DNA of 64,000 bases from Lama glama (taxonomy: Eukaryota), in the NCBI GenBank assembly GCA_028534125.1, contig CM052816.1:57166001-57230000 (forward strand), in the 5' to 3' direction. Positions 41,510 to 54,200 of this stretch are shown here, piece by piece. Below the pieces are notes generated by a model. It searched no databases. It saw only the letters and a list, made by a program, of their open reading frames with translations, and had not been told where the DNA came from. The position numbers and the translations under genes are program-made. How positions within the stretch are numbered: the first letter of the stretch is position 1; the number at the start of each line of letters is the position of its first letter.

Positions 41510-42303
41510 AACACAACACATGAAAAAATGCTCAACATTATTAGTCTTTAGGGAAGTTGAAGTCAAAACCATAGTGAAATACTTCATGCTAAGATGACAA
41601 TAATAGTAGTAATAATATAATAATAATAAAAATAACAGAAAAAACAAAATGCTGGTGAGAATGTGAAAGAATTGAACTTTCGTACTTTGCTGGTGGGGAT
41701 GTCAAAATGTGCAACCTCTGTGGAACAGTGTCCTCAAAAATTTAAACACAAAGTTCACATATGATCCAGAATTTCATCCCTAGGTATAGAACCAAAAGAA
41801 TTGAAAGCAGGTACTCTTACAAATATTTGTACATGAATTTTCATAGCTGTGCTATTCACAACATCCAGAAGGCGGGCACAACCCACATGTCCATCATAAA
41901 TAAACTGAGGCATATATATACAATGAAATGGAATTTAGCTCCAAAAAGGAATGAAGTACTGATACATATTGCAATGTGGATGAATCTTGAAAACAATATG
42001 CTAAATGAAAGAAGGCAGACACAAAAGTTCACATATTGTATGATCCCACTGAAATGAAATATCCAGAAAAGGTAAATCTACAGAGACGGAAGCAGACTGG
42101 TGGATGCCATGGAGGGGTTGGAGAGGGAGTGGGGAGTGATTGTTTACTGGGTATAGGGTTTTATTTGAGGATGATGAAAGTATTTTGGAATTAGATGGTG
42201 GTGGTGGCTGTACAACATTGTGAATGTACTAGATGCCACTGAATTGTTCACCTTAAATGGTTAATTTTATATTATATGAATTTCACCTCAATTAAAAAAA
42301 AAG
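41510..42303 (+). mobile_element. Old L1M (L1MB/MC-like) 3' fragment
   Basis: catgaaaaaatgctcaacatt...tggatgaatcttgaaaacaatatgctaaatgaaagaag...tgaatttcacctcaattaaaaaaa. Confidence 0.85.
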
Positions 42304-43960
42304 TTAACACATAAAGAAAATGAGTAATGTTCCACCACGTGGGTTTTCAGAAACTGTCATCGTCTGCCAAAACCTTGCTAGGCAAAGGATGCATCTCCCT
42401 ATGACTAAATGATTCATCCCAGCTCTGCTGCCTGTGATTCAGTCCTGCAGTAAACAGCTCATTTCGTCAGTTCCCACTTGGCTGAATACCATGGAGACTG
42501 GTGGAGGTAGAGCAGACTTCCCCAACCAGAAGGGCAAACTTATACGTAAGCATTTTTAACTGCCATTTAAATTTACTAGCATATAAAAGTAAAATGCACA
42601 GTTACAAACCCTAACTTTGAGCCCTTAAAAAAGCCCTTGATTATATATGACAACTTATAAGTATTTAAAACTAATTCTACCTAGAAGTTTCAGCTTAATC
42701 ATTTTAAACAAGTAACAGCAGAAGGAAGTGGCAATAATCCACTTCATTTAAAATTTGTCCTGATTTTAAAATGTGAATAATTAACCTTCCAGGAAAAAAA
42801 AAAGCTTGAATTTTAAGAGCAGTTCAGTCCAGTAAATGTCCCATTTAGAAATAGATAGGTACTTCTGGTACAGACTGTTACCTGTTATTTGCTGCAGGAG
42901 CAATTCCCATGAAATCAGTCATTACTTTGGTTAAACTATTGGGGCATTAACGCCCTTAAATTCTGTTTTCAAGCAGTTAAATGCTGGATAATACTGATTT
43001 TTTTTTATGAGGATTATGGCTTGTGTAAAAGGCATAAAAATTTCACATTTTTGCTACATCAAATTTTGTTACCAAAAATGCTAAGTTCCTACAGACGTCA
43101 GATTCTAAAAATCAGTTTTTCCCAGGTAGAACTGATAATACTTAGTGGTTATTTTTTAAGGTTTATATCTAGAAGTAAATAAATAATTATGATTGTACCC
43201 AACTGTATGAATGTTTCTGTTCAGCAGTAGCCTTGTAAGAATAAAAGTTGGTGGTCCATACAGCTGGGCACCTTATAATACAGAAAGGCACATCCTTCCT
43301 GAACCTTTCCAGGGGAATCTGGTTACCAAAGTGTCCCAAGAAATTTCTTCTCCAAAAATGCCATGCCACTATAAGAAAGCTTTAGGATATCAGTATGCTT
43401 GCTGGTAACTGCCCCAGTGTAACTTACCTAATTACCCTAACTACCTTCTTTCAAAATGAAAAAAAGAAAAAAGGAATAGGAAGATGAGGAAGAAGAGGAG
43501 GGAAAGGAAAGGAAAGAAGAGGAAGAAGAAATTATAATAAAGAAATTAGGAGAGCAATCTGGTTTCTCTGCCTCAGAAGCAATTAACATTGGAAACCCAA
43601 TGGACCCAGCTAAACATTAACCACTGCTTTGGGTTGGCCTTTGACAGCACAGTGTAGAAACATGCACCTGGCTTTCAGAAACCAGCTAGATGGGTTCAAA
43701 ACCCAACCTCACCATTCAGAGGCAGTGTGACCTTGAATAAGTTAATTAGCCTCTCTGTGCCTTTGTTTCCTCCTCCACCAATAGGAAAGATCCCACTGAC
43801 CTCCCAGAGTAGCGGGTCTCAGTGAGAACCAGCTCAAGTTCAGGGCTGGAGGCGCTCTGCCTCTCCAGTGGTCAGAAGCCCTAACAGCTTAATCCAGAAG
43901 CTTTGTTACTGATGTTGATGCCAGACCAGGAAATCAGGACAGAGCGATGCTGTTGTATTT

Positions 43961-43966
43961 TTTATT
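43961..43966 (-). terminator. Polyadenylation signal of TMEM171
   Basis: Minus-strand AATAAA about 60 nt after the stop codon. Confidence 0.65.
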
Positions 43967-44026
43967 AAAAAAAAATTAAATTAAATAGTGATTGATTCTA
44001 TATAAAATTGAACTAGAGTCCATGGT

Positions 44027-44222
44027 TCATGGTGAGGAAGGCTCAGAAGATGGAGACACAGAGAGGGTGGCAGCAGATTCTTTTTCTTCATATCTGGGAG
44101 GCAATTCAGATGAGAGATGTGGAGCGTGTAAGGCCTCCGAGGATGAGGCGGTCCCAGAAATAGTGTATACAGATGCGCAGTCTCTCTCGGAGGCCGTGCC
44201 TTGGCTCTCAGGAGTTGGGGTC
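44027..44222 (-). CDS. TMEM171: TMEM171 exon 4 (TPTPESQGTASERDC...ELPPRYEEKE...SEPSSP*)
   Basis: Acceptor ccttcttcatAG at 44223. TGA at 44027-44029. Total CDS 640+142+196=978 nt = 325 aa. Confidence 0.95.
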
Positions 44223-44624
44223 CTATGAAGAAGGAGAGAATGTGAAAGGGGACAGAGGGAGTCAGTCACGTGCCTTAAGTACCAGGTTTTTCCCAGGTGT
44301 TTAGATGCATCTAGAAGCATCTGCAAGGGTCTATAGAGTAATTTCTTCCATATTCCATTTTTTAGAAATATGTTTTGATTTCTCGCCTCTTACTGTCCTT
44401 AGAGCTGATTGTAACATTAAGAGTCTCACTCTTGTCACCTTCCTTGTCACTGAAAATACGTAGAGTACAAACATATAGATGCCTTCCAAAAAGAACACGC
44501 ACACACACACAGTTACTCTTCTCTGCTATTTCATCTTCTGAGACTGCTAACATAAGGTGGACCCACTTACGCAAATAGAAAATTAAATCATTAAGCCACA
44601 AACATGAAGGGAGGCAAGAAGGCA

Positions 44625-44832
44625 TACTGGTTAACAGACTGGGCTCTCGCAAAGAGCAGACCAGCACCTGAATTTCCACTCTGCTGCTTTCTAGCTGTGT
44701 GGTCTTGAGCAACTTATTTAACCTAAGTCTCAGTTTCCTTATCTGTAAAATGGGGATGACAACAGTGCCCACATTCTAAGTGGCCATGAGAATTATATGA
44801 GGTCGTGTACGGAAAGCCAGACCCTGGCATAG
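44625..44832 (+). mobile_element. MIR SINE in TMEM171 intron 3
   Basis: MIR core ctagctgtgtggtcttgagcaacttatttaacct...ctcagtttccttatctgtaaaatgggga. Other MIRs at about 940-1140, 24220-24400, 26400-26530, 43650-43800, 49045-49230, 58540-58690 and 61440-61490. Confidence 0.8.
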
Positions 44833-46422
44833 TAGCAGCAGTAGGAGTAGTTTTAGCAATAGTAAATAGTAATAGGAGTAGTAATAGACATTTGTTTTAA
44901 AGCTCTGGGAAGTTCATCATTGCAGAAAAAAATACACAAACTCACTACCAGAATTCTACAAATGTCCAGACCCTAACCTCCTCTTCATCCATGCAGGACA
45001 ACGCTGGTGTTCATCCCTGGTCGGATCTCCAGCTCACTACCCAGTCTGAAGCACAAGAACATGTGCCTTAAGACATGAATGACCAGGTAAGGCAGCACCT
45101 GTCCCCCAACGCTCACGGTAGCTCTCGGGTCCTGCTTCTCACTGCTTTTGAAAATGTACGTACATCTCAGTGTCGTGAAAGTCGATTTTCACTGAGTCCT
45201 GCTCATCCCTCTCACTTTGCCCTGTGAGATTTTCCAGCCATCCTTCCTTCTCTTCCTACATCCTGGTTCCCCATTTGGGAAGGTACAGAGCCTTTTCCAG
45301 CCCCGCTGATCCCTGGACTCCTTATCCAGCCTTCCCTCCTGTGGATTCTCCACAAGTCTTTGCCGCCTTGCCCTCCTGGTTTCAGCAACCTCTTTGCCGT
45401 TCCATCTCCAGCACCTCATCTCCCTCCCAAGACCCAGCCTATCCGGTCTGCCTCAAAGGCCCACACCCTGCCAGCCCTCCACCGCGAGCTAGCTCACCAT
45501 CTTCTCCCCACTTACATGGAGCTCCTGTCTCCACTCCTCTGTCAGAAACATTCCACTGTCCATGCCACTCACACTTAACATCATGATTTCTGCCCTCCTC
45601 ACTCATCATCCTTTCCAGATTCCCTTACCCACACCTCCCTTTCTAACCACCACAGCCCCCAGCTCCTATGACTTCCATCCAGTTGTGAGAGTTGGCCTCC
45701 TGACTGGTCTAGCCACCCCGAGGCTTTCCCCATCACAAGCTGTGCTGACTGTTGCATGGATCCCATTGCTGTGGCATCCCTCTGCCTGAAGGAGAAGCAC
45801 TTAGAGTCACACGGTGTAATCTGACCCCAGGTATGCCTCCTCATTTGTGGCACGTGGGGAGTATGGAGGATAAGGGTGTGAATCTCATATTTCTCTTCAG
45901 CCAATCTGAGAAGGCTCTGAGGCTCAGGGAACAACTTAACATTGAAGGGAGAAGCCCGGCATGGTTAAGTCAGGCTGATTCTAGCCAGTTACTCAAGTAC
46001 CTCCAGTAGATACCGAAGCCCTCTGTACCAGCAGGAGGTCCCCTGGGACCCACACACCTCCCCACAATCTGAAGCAGCAAAGCCTAACTTAGCAGGAGCC
46101 TCCCAAGTTCTGCTCCAGAGCTTGGGCTGGCTGACAGGTTGTTTGGCATTTTGAGGATCAGCCCTGCCAGGAGCACATAAAGATGCCCGGAGAAGGCTTC
46201 ATGTTAACCTGGCATCACCACTCTTATCATTTTTAACTTAGGTGCTGCCCAAGGTTTCCAGAAGTTACTATTAATATTAAGGCAATAATTCTGGCATCAT
46301 GTCTGCAAAAAAGACACTCACACCTGGATACCACAGCCTTAGAGCTGATTTGGCCTGAATATAGGTGTAGGCCTGAGATGGTTAAGTGTTCCTGCTCTTG
46401 AAGTTCAAACAGAAAGTCTTAC

Positions 46423-46564
46423 CCATAGTTGAAAATACTGTAATATGAAGGTGGGTTTTCATTTGGAAGCAAGCTGTCAGCCCCAGGACTTCGAGCAGCT
46501 GTAGAAGCTGAAGACTCAGGGAAGTAAGGCGGAGGCGGGGGTGGGAATATGATCACTGCGTCAC
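46423..46564 (-). CDS. TMEM171: TMEM171 exon 3 (GDAVIIFPPPPPPYFPESS...NPPSYYSIFNYG)
   Basis: Acceptor ttccctcAG at 46565 and donor GG|GTAAGA at 46423/46422. 142 nt, phases compatible. Confidence 0.95.
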
Positions 46565-46704
46565 CTGAGGGAACACAACATTCCGTTGAAGACAGAGGAG
46601 GGATACATGCAAGCAACTGAGCAAGAGCCAAAGAAATTAACTGGATATTTGGCCCATCTCTAGAAAAGGTGTTAACTCCAGAAGTAAAAAAAAGGGGGGC
46701 TATT

Positions 46705-46932
46705 GGATTTACAGAGATGGAGAGTAGAGGTTGCCAGGGGCTGGAGGTGAGAGCAGTCAGAGTCTGTGTTTAATGAGGGCAGCGTGTCTGTTGGGGAGAA
46801 CGAAATACTTCCTGAAATGGATAGCAGTGATGGTTGTACAATGTAGTGTATGTGCTTAATGCCACTATACAGGTAAAAATGATTGAATTGGTAAATGGTA
46901 TGTTATGTACATTTTACCACATTTAAAAAAAA
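46705..46932 (+). mobile_element. L1M 3' end fragment in TMEM171 intron 2
   Basis: gttgccaggggctgg...gatggttgtacaatg...gtgcttaatgccact...tacattttaccacatttaaaaaa. A related fragment lies at about 28595-28720. Confidence 0.7.
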
Positions 46933-49900
46933 TAGTAGGGCTATATTTCATAGCGAGTCTGAGCTAAAGCACTTCTGTGAAGCGTTTGCTAATATTGTTC
47001 CTTACCTCCCCGTGATGTCTACTGCTATAAAGTTTTTTTGTTTTCAACTTACGTTAATTCTTTCAAAGCTAGCTCTTGGGTAAAGTGCCTTTGTTCCTCA
47101 AATAGAGTTTCAGCCTCTGAACAAATGACAGTACAGCTGCAAAACAGCCTGTCATCTCTCTTTCCAGAGCTGTGGTTTACACTCTTGCAGAGTTTTTTTA
47201 TCTACCAGCATTTCTTTCAAGCTTTACAAAAGCACGGCAAACTCAAAGAAGAGCTAGGGGTTTTTTTTGTTTGTTTTTTTGTTTCTTTGTTTGTTGCATT
47301 TCTGTTGCTACTGTTCACTCCAGAACACATCCCTGTGTTTCGGAGAGGAGAACTGGGGACCAGATGCAAGCTCTAATTTGTACCCTGATTCCAATGCTGG
47401 ATGCACCACATGCCCATAAACTCCTAGACATGTGGCAGCCGCATTACAAGGAGGTCGAAGGTGAACTCTGATGAGTTGGCAGCATCAAATGGCAGCTCAG
47501 GAAAAGTGAAGGAGGAAAGAGGACTTCACTTCCCGGCAGGGAGGAGACTGGTTCATACTGGTGGCAGATCTGACGCTTACCTAGGGAGCTGCAGGGCTGT
47601 CTACAGCTACCAGGGTTCCATTTGCCAGTCACCACCCCAGCACGGCCCTCAACAGGTTATTCACCTTTTCTCGGCCTCCGCAACCACATCTTGAAATTGC
47701 AGGCTGGAACTGTACCCACCTCAGAGAGCAGGCAGGATGTGTGTAGGGTTAAGACAGTGCTAAGCATGGAGCAAGCTCTCTCAGGTGTAGCACGTCCTTA
47801 GAGGGGCTTTCTACACACCCACCAGCAAGTGGTACCTATTTGCATGTCTGAAGAAATATTCCCAACTGGCCGTCTGGCCAGTAGTTCCACTCTCCACCTT
47901 GTCGCCTCAGCCACCTCCCCAGAGGTAACTTAGCCCTGCAGAAAATGCATTAACTCCATCTCTCCTTCTGCAAGGAGACCACAGTTAGAGCTTAAAATAT
48001 ACATCGCTAACCTAAGCGTGAAAAAGCATAGTAGTTGTCTTGGGATTCTCGTTGAATTGTTTCAGAAGGCCTTGGTAGGTCAGAGGAAGGTCAGTTGAGC
48101 ATTCACTTCAATTACACATTGTAGAACAAAGGATCTGAGAATAAGCCTCTAAAGTAGGCTGATCACCTACCAAACACACACAAGGAAGTGTTCCGGCCTC
48201 CAGTTTTCTCTGGGGCTCATCCATCCCTTTGCCCAGTCAGCTCCCAGCCCTCCTGCTCTCCTCAGAAAGAAGACCCCTCCCACCAGGGGTTTCCCTTTCA
48301 CTAAGTCCTGAAGGACTTGATGTCTTCTCTGAGCTGACCATACACACCCCACAGCGGAGGGCTGGCTCATGCATCTGCTCACGCTTCCAGGGTCTAGCAC
48401 TAGATGTGCCCACAATGCGGATATCATGCATCTTGGATTATCTATTGTTTTCCACTCTGAGAAGAGCTGGATTCTGGCACTTAGCCAAGAACTGCCTCCT
48501 GTCACCCTGGTTTCCCTCATAAGGCAGAACTGACCATTGATAGACAATGTCTGGAGTCTTACCAGTTTGCTAAAAGACATGATTTCTAAAAATTTAAACT
48601 CTATTCTACAATATCAAAGGAGAGAAAAGAAGGAGATTTTCACCAATTTCATAGGACTTAAAGGGTTAGGTGGAGGAGATTCTAAACTATGCAGTGCCAA
48701 CATCAGCACAGAACCACCCAGGAGTCACTGCATCCTGGAACCAGCAGCCCTGCTCCCTGCTACCCACCCCCAATTTCAGCCACCAGGAGGGAAGCTGGGT
48801 CCCAAAACTCCCCAATAGTAAACTCAAAAGGCACACCTTGAAATGCTTCCAGCTAAATGGAAGACTGTAAGCACCTCAGGAGTGCATTTACTTGCATCTC
48901 ACTGTGTTTCTTGAGAGGACGGAGAACATCTATAACACTGGGCAAGCACTTTCATCATGTAACAGCTCTCCAGGACACTCGGTCGGGGATGAAACCAGTA
49001 GAAACGGAATTACAGCAAGTGCCCAGGGAGGGCGCTACGCGAGGGCTGTAGAGTATGCATGCCCACTGCCTCCTGTCAGGATCCTGGCTCTGCCACTTGC
49101 TAGTTTGTGACCTTGGGCAAATTGTTGGGTAACCCCATGCCTCAGATTCTTTGTCTTTAACATGGAGACACTAAGAGTATCAGCCTCAGTGAGATGTTGT
49201 AAGCGTGAATGAATTTCACACAACAGGCTCTTGAAGAGCACACGCTAAAGCATGAAGATGTGTATTTGGCCCAAGAATAAGCCCTGTATACGTGTTAGGC
49301 ATTATTAATATGCACCCAGTGTTGGTGTTGTCATCATAAGTATATAAATGCATAAATAAGTACGCTGGGAGCTTCAACCCTGGCTGAACACAAGGATTGT
49401 CTGTAAGTACATCTGCCCTTCCTCTCTGAGGCCAATGCTATGAAGTCCTACAGACCAGGGAATCCCCGCGGTGAGTACTGCCAGCCGGACAGACAGCCCC
49501 GCCCATAAGAAACATCTCACTCGCCACCCTCCTTCCCTGTTTCCACCATGGTTTCTGCTCTGTAATCCTCTTTACCCAGCCTATTAGATGTTAAGTTTTC
49601 GAGCTTTATCCTTTCAAACATAGGAGACTGAAATAAAACAGTGATTGGCAAAAATGAGCAGCAACGGGGTTTTCCTTTGATGCTGTGGAGCTGAGGCCAA
49701 AGCTACTGACATTGTTCTGTGGGGTAGGCAGGGGTTGGGGCTGACTCTGGGAAATGGTGATGCAGCTCTTCTGTAGAACTCTAGGGGGACCCAAAGGGAA
49801 TCCCTAGGCATTCCATGGGGTAAAGAAGTGACAGGTGCTGTCGCATTTCATCTTTGTCTATGCCACTGCTTCCAAACTTTGCCCCAACCCTGAAGTCAGG

Positions 49901-50489
49901 GGTGAAATTACAGAAAGTGAAGAACAATGTGGAAAACAGTGCAGAAGACTCCTTCAAAACATGGAAGACCAATGGATTTGGGACAGACTCAGAATCCTAG
50001 AATGTTAGTGCTGGAAGGAATCTTAGAAATGCAGAGCTCACTTTACAGATACATGTAGTAAGTCCAGGAGAGGTTGAGGGCTTCCAAGGATGGCCAGTCA
50101 AGGACAGCCAAGGAGAAGAACCCATATTTCCAACAACTAGAAGTGCTGTAAGTGTTCACTGTGAGAATAACAGGGGTCTCTTAGGTGGCAGAAGGCTGCC
50201 AGGCTACCATCGAGGTTCCTCTCACTTTCCTCTCTATTTGCACTGTGATCTCAGTCAAGGTCCCAGTGCTTTTGCTAGATAATAAGGGATTGCTGGGAGG
50301 AAATGATGTGCTCAAGGATTCTTGTGGGGCTAAGAACAGCAGCAGCACCATGTCTGTGTATGTGTGTGAGGGAGAGAGAGAGAAAAAGAAAGGAGAAGAG
50401 AAGCTAGGCCAGACCTGAGAGCAGTTCAGTGAAGCCTTGACACAACAGCCACTGTGATATGAACAAGCAGAGCAATGACAGCCACCCAC

Positions 50490-51129
50490 CTACAGTGACG
50501 TGGACTGCCTCCACGTTTTGGGTCTGTCTCTCTTCCCTTTCCAAGGCACCCTGGCCCACGTTCAAGTTGTTTCTCTTCTTAATGTGGGCAACCACGAAGA
50601 AGCACAGTCCCACTAGTACTATCAACGGTCCCAAGATCTGCAGGGACAGGAATCCACAGATCTCGGCCTCTGCGTCATCAGCGTCTGCCTCATTCAGCGG
50701 TTCCGATGCCCAGTCTGAGCCACACCCGGGGACCCAAATGCCCAGTATGCTGATGAGCATGCCGCTTGTCAGGAAGAGGAACCCAAAGATGAGGCACTGG
50801 ACAAACTGGCGGCTCTCCCCACAGAGGAAGGCTCGGTCTGAGTCCCCCTGGTTGCCTCGCAGGCGCGCCTCACTGCGCTGAAGTCGTGCCCGGGAGCGGG
50901 CCAGGATCACAGCCCCAAGCCCAACGACGGCACACACGGGCCCCGCGACCTTCAGTATCATGCTGCAGTTGGTGGGGGTGTCGTATTGGCATGCCTGGAA
51001 CCCAAAGATGGAGAGCAGGACTCCCACGCACAGCAGGATGGCGCCAGTGACGAAAAGGAAGAATATAAGCTTGCTGACATTCCTGGCTCGCTGGAACCCA
51101 TCTGGCTCGGCAGCCGCTGCAGGAGACAT
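50490..51129 (-). CDS. TMEM171: Transmembrane protein 171, first coding exon (exon 2; exon starts at 51197)
   Basis: MSPAAAAEPDG...SKLIFFLFVTGAILLCVGVLLSIFGFQACQY...CGESRQFVQCLIFGFLFLTSGMLIS...VHVTV matches TMEM171. Acceptor tttgcAG at 51198. Donor G|GTGGGT at 50490/50489. Four hydrophobic segments. Confidence 0.96.
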
Positions 51130-52839
51130 GGCCAGAAAAGGCCCCTTCCCCAGGAGAGGGCGGGGTGTGTTCCTTCCTTCCAGTTGTTTCAGCAGCTCTG
51201 CAAACATAACCAACACCAAATTAAGGTGGTCACAGGTGTTCCTGACCCACCCTGTTCTTTTTCAGAAATCACACTAGGATGAAATCACGGGGAATAGAAC
51301 TTTATGCAACCGATGCCCTGTAGAACAATGAGTTGGTCCATGAGTCAGAAGAACTGGTATTCAGAAACGCCTGAATATGTAATTTTATAAAGATATGCAA
51401 GAAGAGGAAATGCAATTACCAGGCACCTAAGAGTATACTGAAAAATCAAAACCCATACAACAAAAGTAACTGGGTGTGACTTTTCCTGTTACGAGTCTTA
51501 CAAACTCACTTCCCCAGCAACCCCCCTCCCCCCAAAAAACAATGGCGAGTGAGGGAAGAACCACAGGGATTATTTCTGATTTACAGACACCCCACATTTC
51601 ATCACAGCTGCTCTGAGCATTTCCAAGTTGGTAGATTTTCGTTCAGTAACTAACTTTCCATTCCGTGCCTTATTCTACGGCTGCATCTACGGGAGACCCA
51701 AGCTCAGCAGTTTCAGCTGAACGGAAAGGCGGTTCAGGAACACCGTGCGTTTGGTGGATTTAAAGTTAATTCTGTTAAAATGTGATTCTTGAGTTCTCAG
51801 ACAGGCACACATTAGGGCTGCCCTGAAATCTGGTGGCCGGGCTGCTTGGGCCTGGGATGGCGCAGGGAGGTCTGGCACAGCGGGTCAGGTGGAGCCTTGT
51901 CCCCTAGGTGGGCAGGTGGCCTCTTGCTCACCCTCCTCCGTATTGCCACCCACTTCCCCAAAAAGGTTTAGGCTCAGTTAAAAATGAGCAGCCGATAAAA
52001 TCACCAGTTACAAAACACTAAACAACAACAGAACTTGACTTGGAAAGAAGCGTATACAGGAAACCAAATGGGAAAGCACCTCCCACAAGACCATCCAAGC
52101 CCTGTTCTTCAAGGGTATCATATACTACATGTACCCCGAGCAGTGGGTAAAAACTTGTCTGCACAAACTGACTTTATTATCCAGTTATCTTGTCTTATGC
52201 TAATGAATGGAAGATTTTCCCAGGACCCTTCAAGTTGGGGCACTCGGAAAGACAACTCAGGTGTGAAGAACATTTTCACTTCCTCCAGGAAAGAAAACTT
52301 AGGAAGTGTTTTGTGCCACTTGCATCACATGAAGGAGCTCAAGATTGAGGCACGAAAGCCAAAGCCATCTTGACAAACTCAAGTCATGTCCAAGAAGGGT
52401 CAGTTTAGGTAAAGAAAGGAAACAGCTGGTTTTAAACTTTCCCCAGAAAAAAGTACGAAGTTGGAGAAAGAGGGAAATATAGGTGGAAAACAAGCTTCCA
52501 CTTTAAACTTGGACGAGCTGTATTTATGAAGATACGATTAAGCTGAGGCAAACAAAGTTATGTTTAAAAAATGTTAAAAAAAAAAAGTTGGAACCCTGTA
52601 ATATCTTTTGCTGGTCTGCAGATATGGGTGAAAGGTGACTCTGCTACCAAGTCCTATCTGGAATACATTGTATTCCTGGTGCTTTTGACTTTGCCTTGAG
52701 TCACAAGCCTTCAACTGCCTTAAGGCAAATTCCCAATTACTAGTAAAGCCTAAAACTGGATTTGTAACTTCCCTGCCATGGACTAGTGGACTAAGCACCT
52801 GGCATAGGTGTTAATTCCCCTTCAAAATAGTATGTGGGT

Positions 52840-52845
<6 letters not shown>

Positions 52846-52888
<43 letters not shown>
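52846..52888. repeat. (CT)n(CA)n microsatellite in TMEM171 intron 1
   Basis: Directly visible. Confidence 0.95.
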
Positions 52889-53029
52889 GCCATCTGCACT
52901 AATAGGAAACTAAACCTTTTCCAAATACCAACCAACACTTAATTTCTCCAAAGCCAAATCCGCCTCCCCAACACTGTTTCTCAAAGGACATTTCCAAATC
53001 AGCAGCATCTTACGACGTCCAAAGCTTTG

Positions 53030-54200
53030 TGCTTTGGGGGATCGACCCAAAGAGACGCAAAGTCCTTCATGGAAGAGAGCTTTGTGAGTTTAGAGAGCCT
53101 GAGCGCCACACCAGCCCGGAGGAGCTCGCGCGCCGCTCCTGTCCGCGCAGCTTTAGCGCGGGTCCTCCGAGATGCGCCGCTCCTCGCACCCAGCCTGGAC
53201 CCTAAACGGCAGCAGCCGCAGAGCTCGGGCTCCCGGGGTGCGGAGGAGCGCGGGGCCAGGAGCGCTTACCTGAGGCTCTGTCCTGCGAGCGCTGACTGCG
53301 GGCGGAAGCCTGGCGCGGGGCTCGGGATCGGCGCTCGGCAAGCAGCGCGGGCCGTGGACACCCGGCAGAGCGCAGCGCCTGCCTCTGCCCGCGGCCCGCA
53401 CTGCGCACTCCCACCTGCGTGTCCGGGCGAGGAGGGCGGGCCGCGCGGTGTTTATAGAGGAGGCAGTGCCGGGAGGGCGAGGTGGCGCGGGGCGCGGACA
53501 GGGCAGGCCTGACTGGCGGGAGCTGGCCGCTGCCGGGTGCTGCCCTTCGGGGACCAGAGGCCCGCCCGGCGCCAGGGTGGAGAGCGAGGGGCTGCCTCGG
53601 GCCCGGCCGAGTGGACCCGGCTGCTTCCGCGCCCGTGACCATGAGCGCGAGGAATCTGGGAAAATGGGCACCCCCGCCGCCTCCCTGGCCCGCGGCCCTG
53701 TCTGTCCCAATTCGCGCGGCGACGGTCGAGATCCGGCCGGTGGGAAGGGAGCTGTTTCCCTTCGTGGCCGAGATCAGAACTGGGGGTCAGGGTGTAGGGG
53801 AAAGGAAAATGCTGCCCTTCTCCGGCGTGGCCGCCTGCCGAGCGTTTAAACTGGGGCCCCCGCTTTCCCGTCGCTGCGCCCTCTAGGATAGATCTACCCG
53901 GGAGCCTGTGGCCCTCCTGTCCCTCCGGAGACCTTGACTGGGGTCACTGGAGCAAGCCCCTCGCCGCGGGCTTCCCGAGGAACAGGTTACGGAGACACCA
54001 GGTTATAGAAAGGTGCGCTCCATTAGAGTGTGAGACAGGAGGCCCCCATGCCCAAGCCGTTCGGGCACGAAGTCCTAGCTCTGAGACTGAGGCAGGCCCT
54101 GGGCAGACCCCGTGCGGGGCCAGCTCCGTCCCTGCGGCACTCACATGTATGCTCGCAGCCGTGCGTTGCCATCGAACCCTCTTCCCGGTTCTCAGTTGCT
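53030..54200. promoter_or_regulatory. CpG island / TMEM171 promoter with TATA box and GC boxes
   Basis: Very high GC and CpG density. Minus-strand TATAAA at 53451-53456 and GGGCGG at about 53434. Confidence 0.85.
53270..53425 (-). other. TMEM171: TMEM171 non-coding exon 1 (5' UTR); TSS approximate
   Basis: Consensus donor CAG|GTAAGC at 53270/53269 inside the CpG island. TATAAA lies about 25-30 nt upstream of the inferred start. Confidence 0.75.

Noticed and set aside
51130..51219. N-terminal extension of TMEM171 in the ORF track
   Set aside because: Both upstream starts are alternative codons or lie upstream of the splice acceptor at 51198, so they are intronic.
53027..53886. Several overlapping 130-185 aa ORFs on both strands
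   Set aside because: Ala/Arg/Pro/Gly-rich products expected from stop-poor CpG-island DNA; no recognisable protein.
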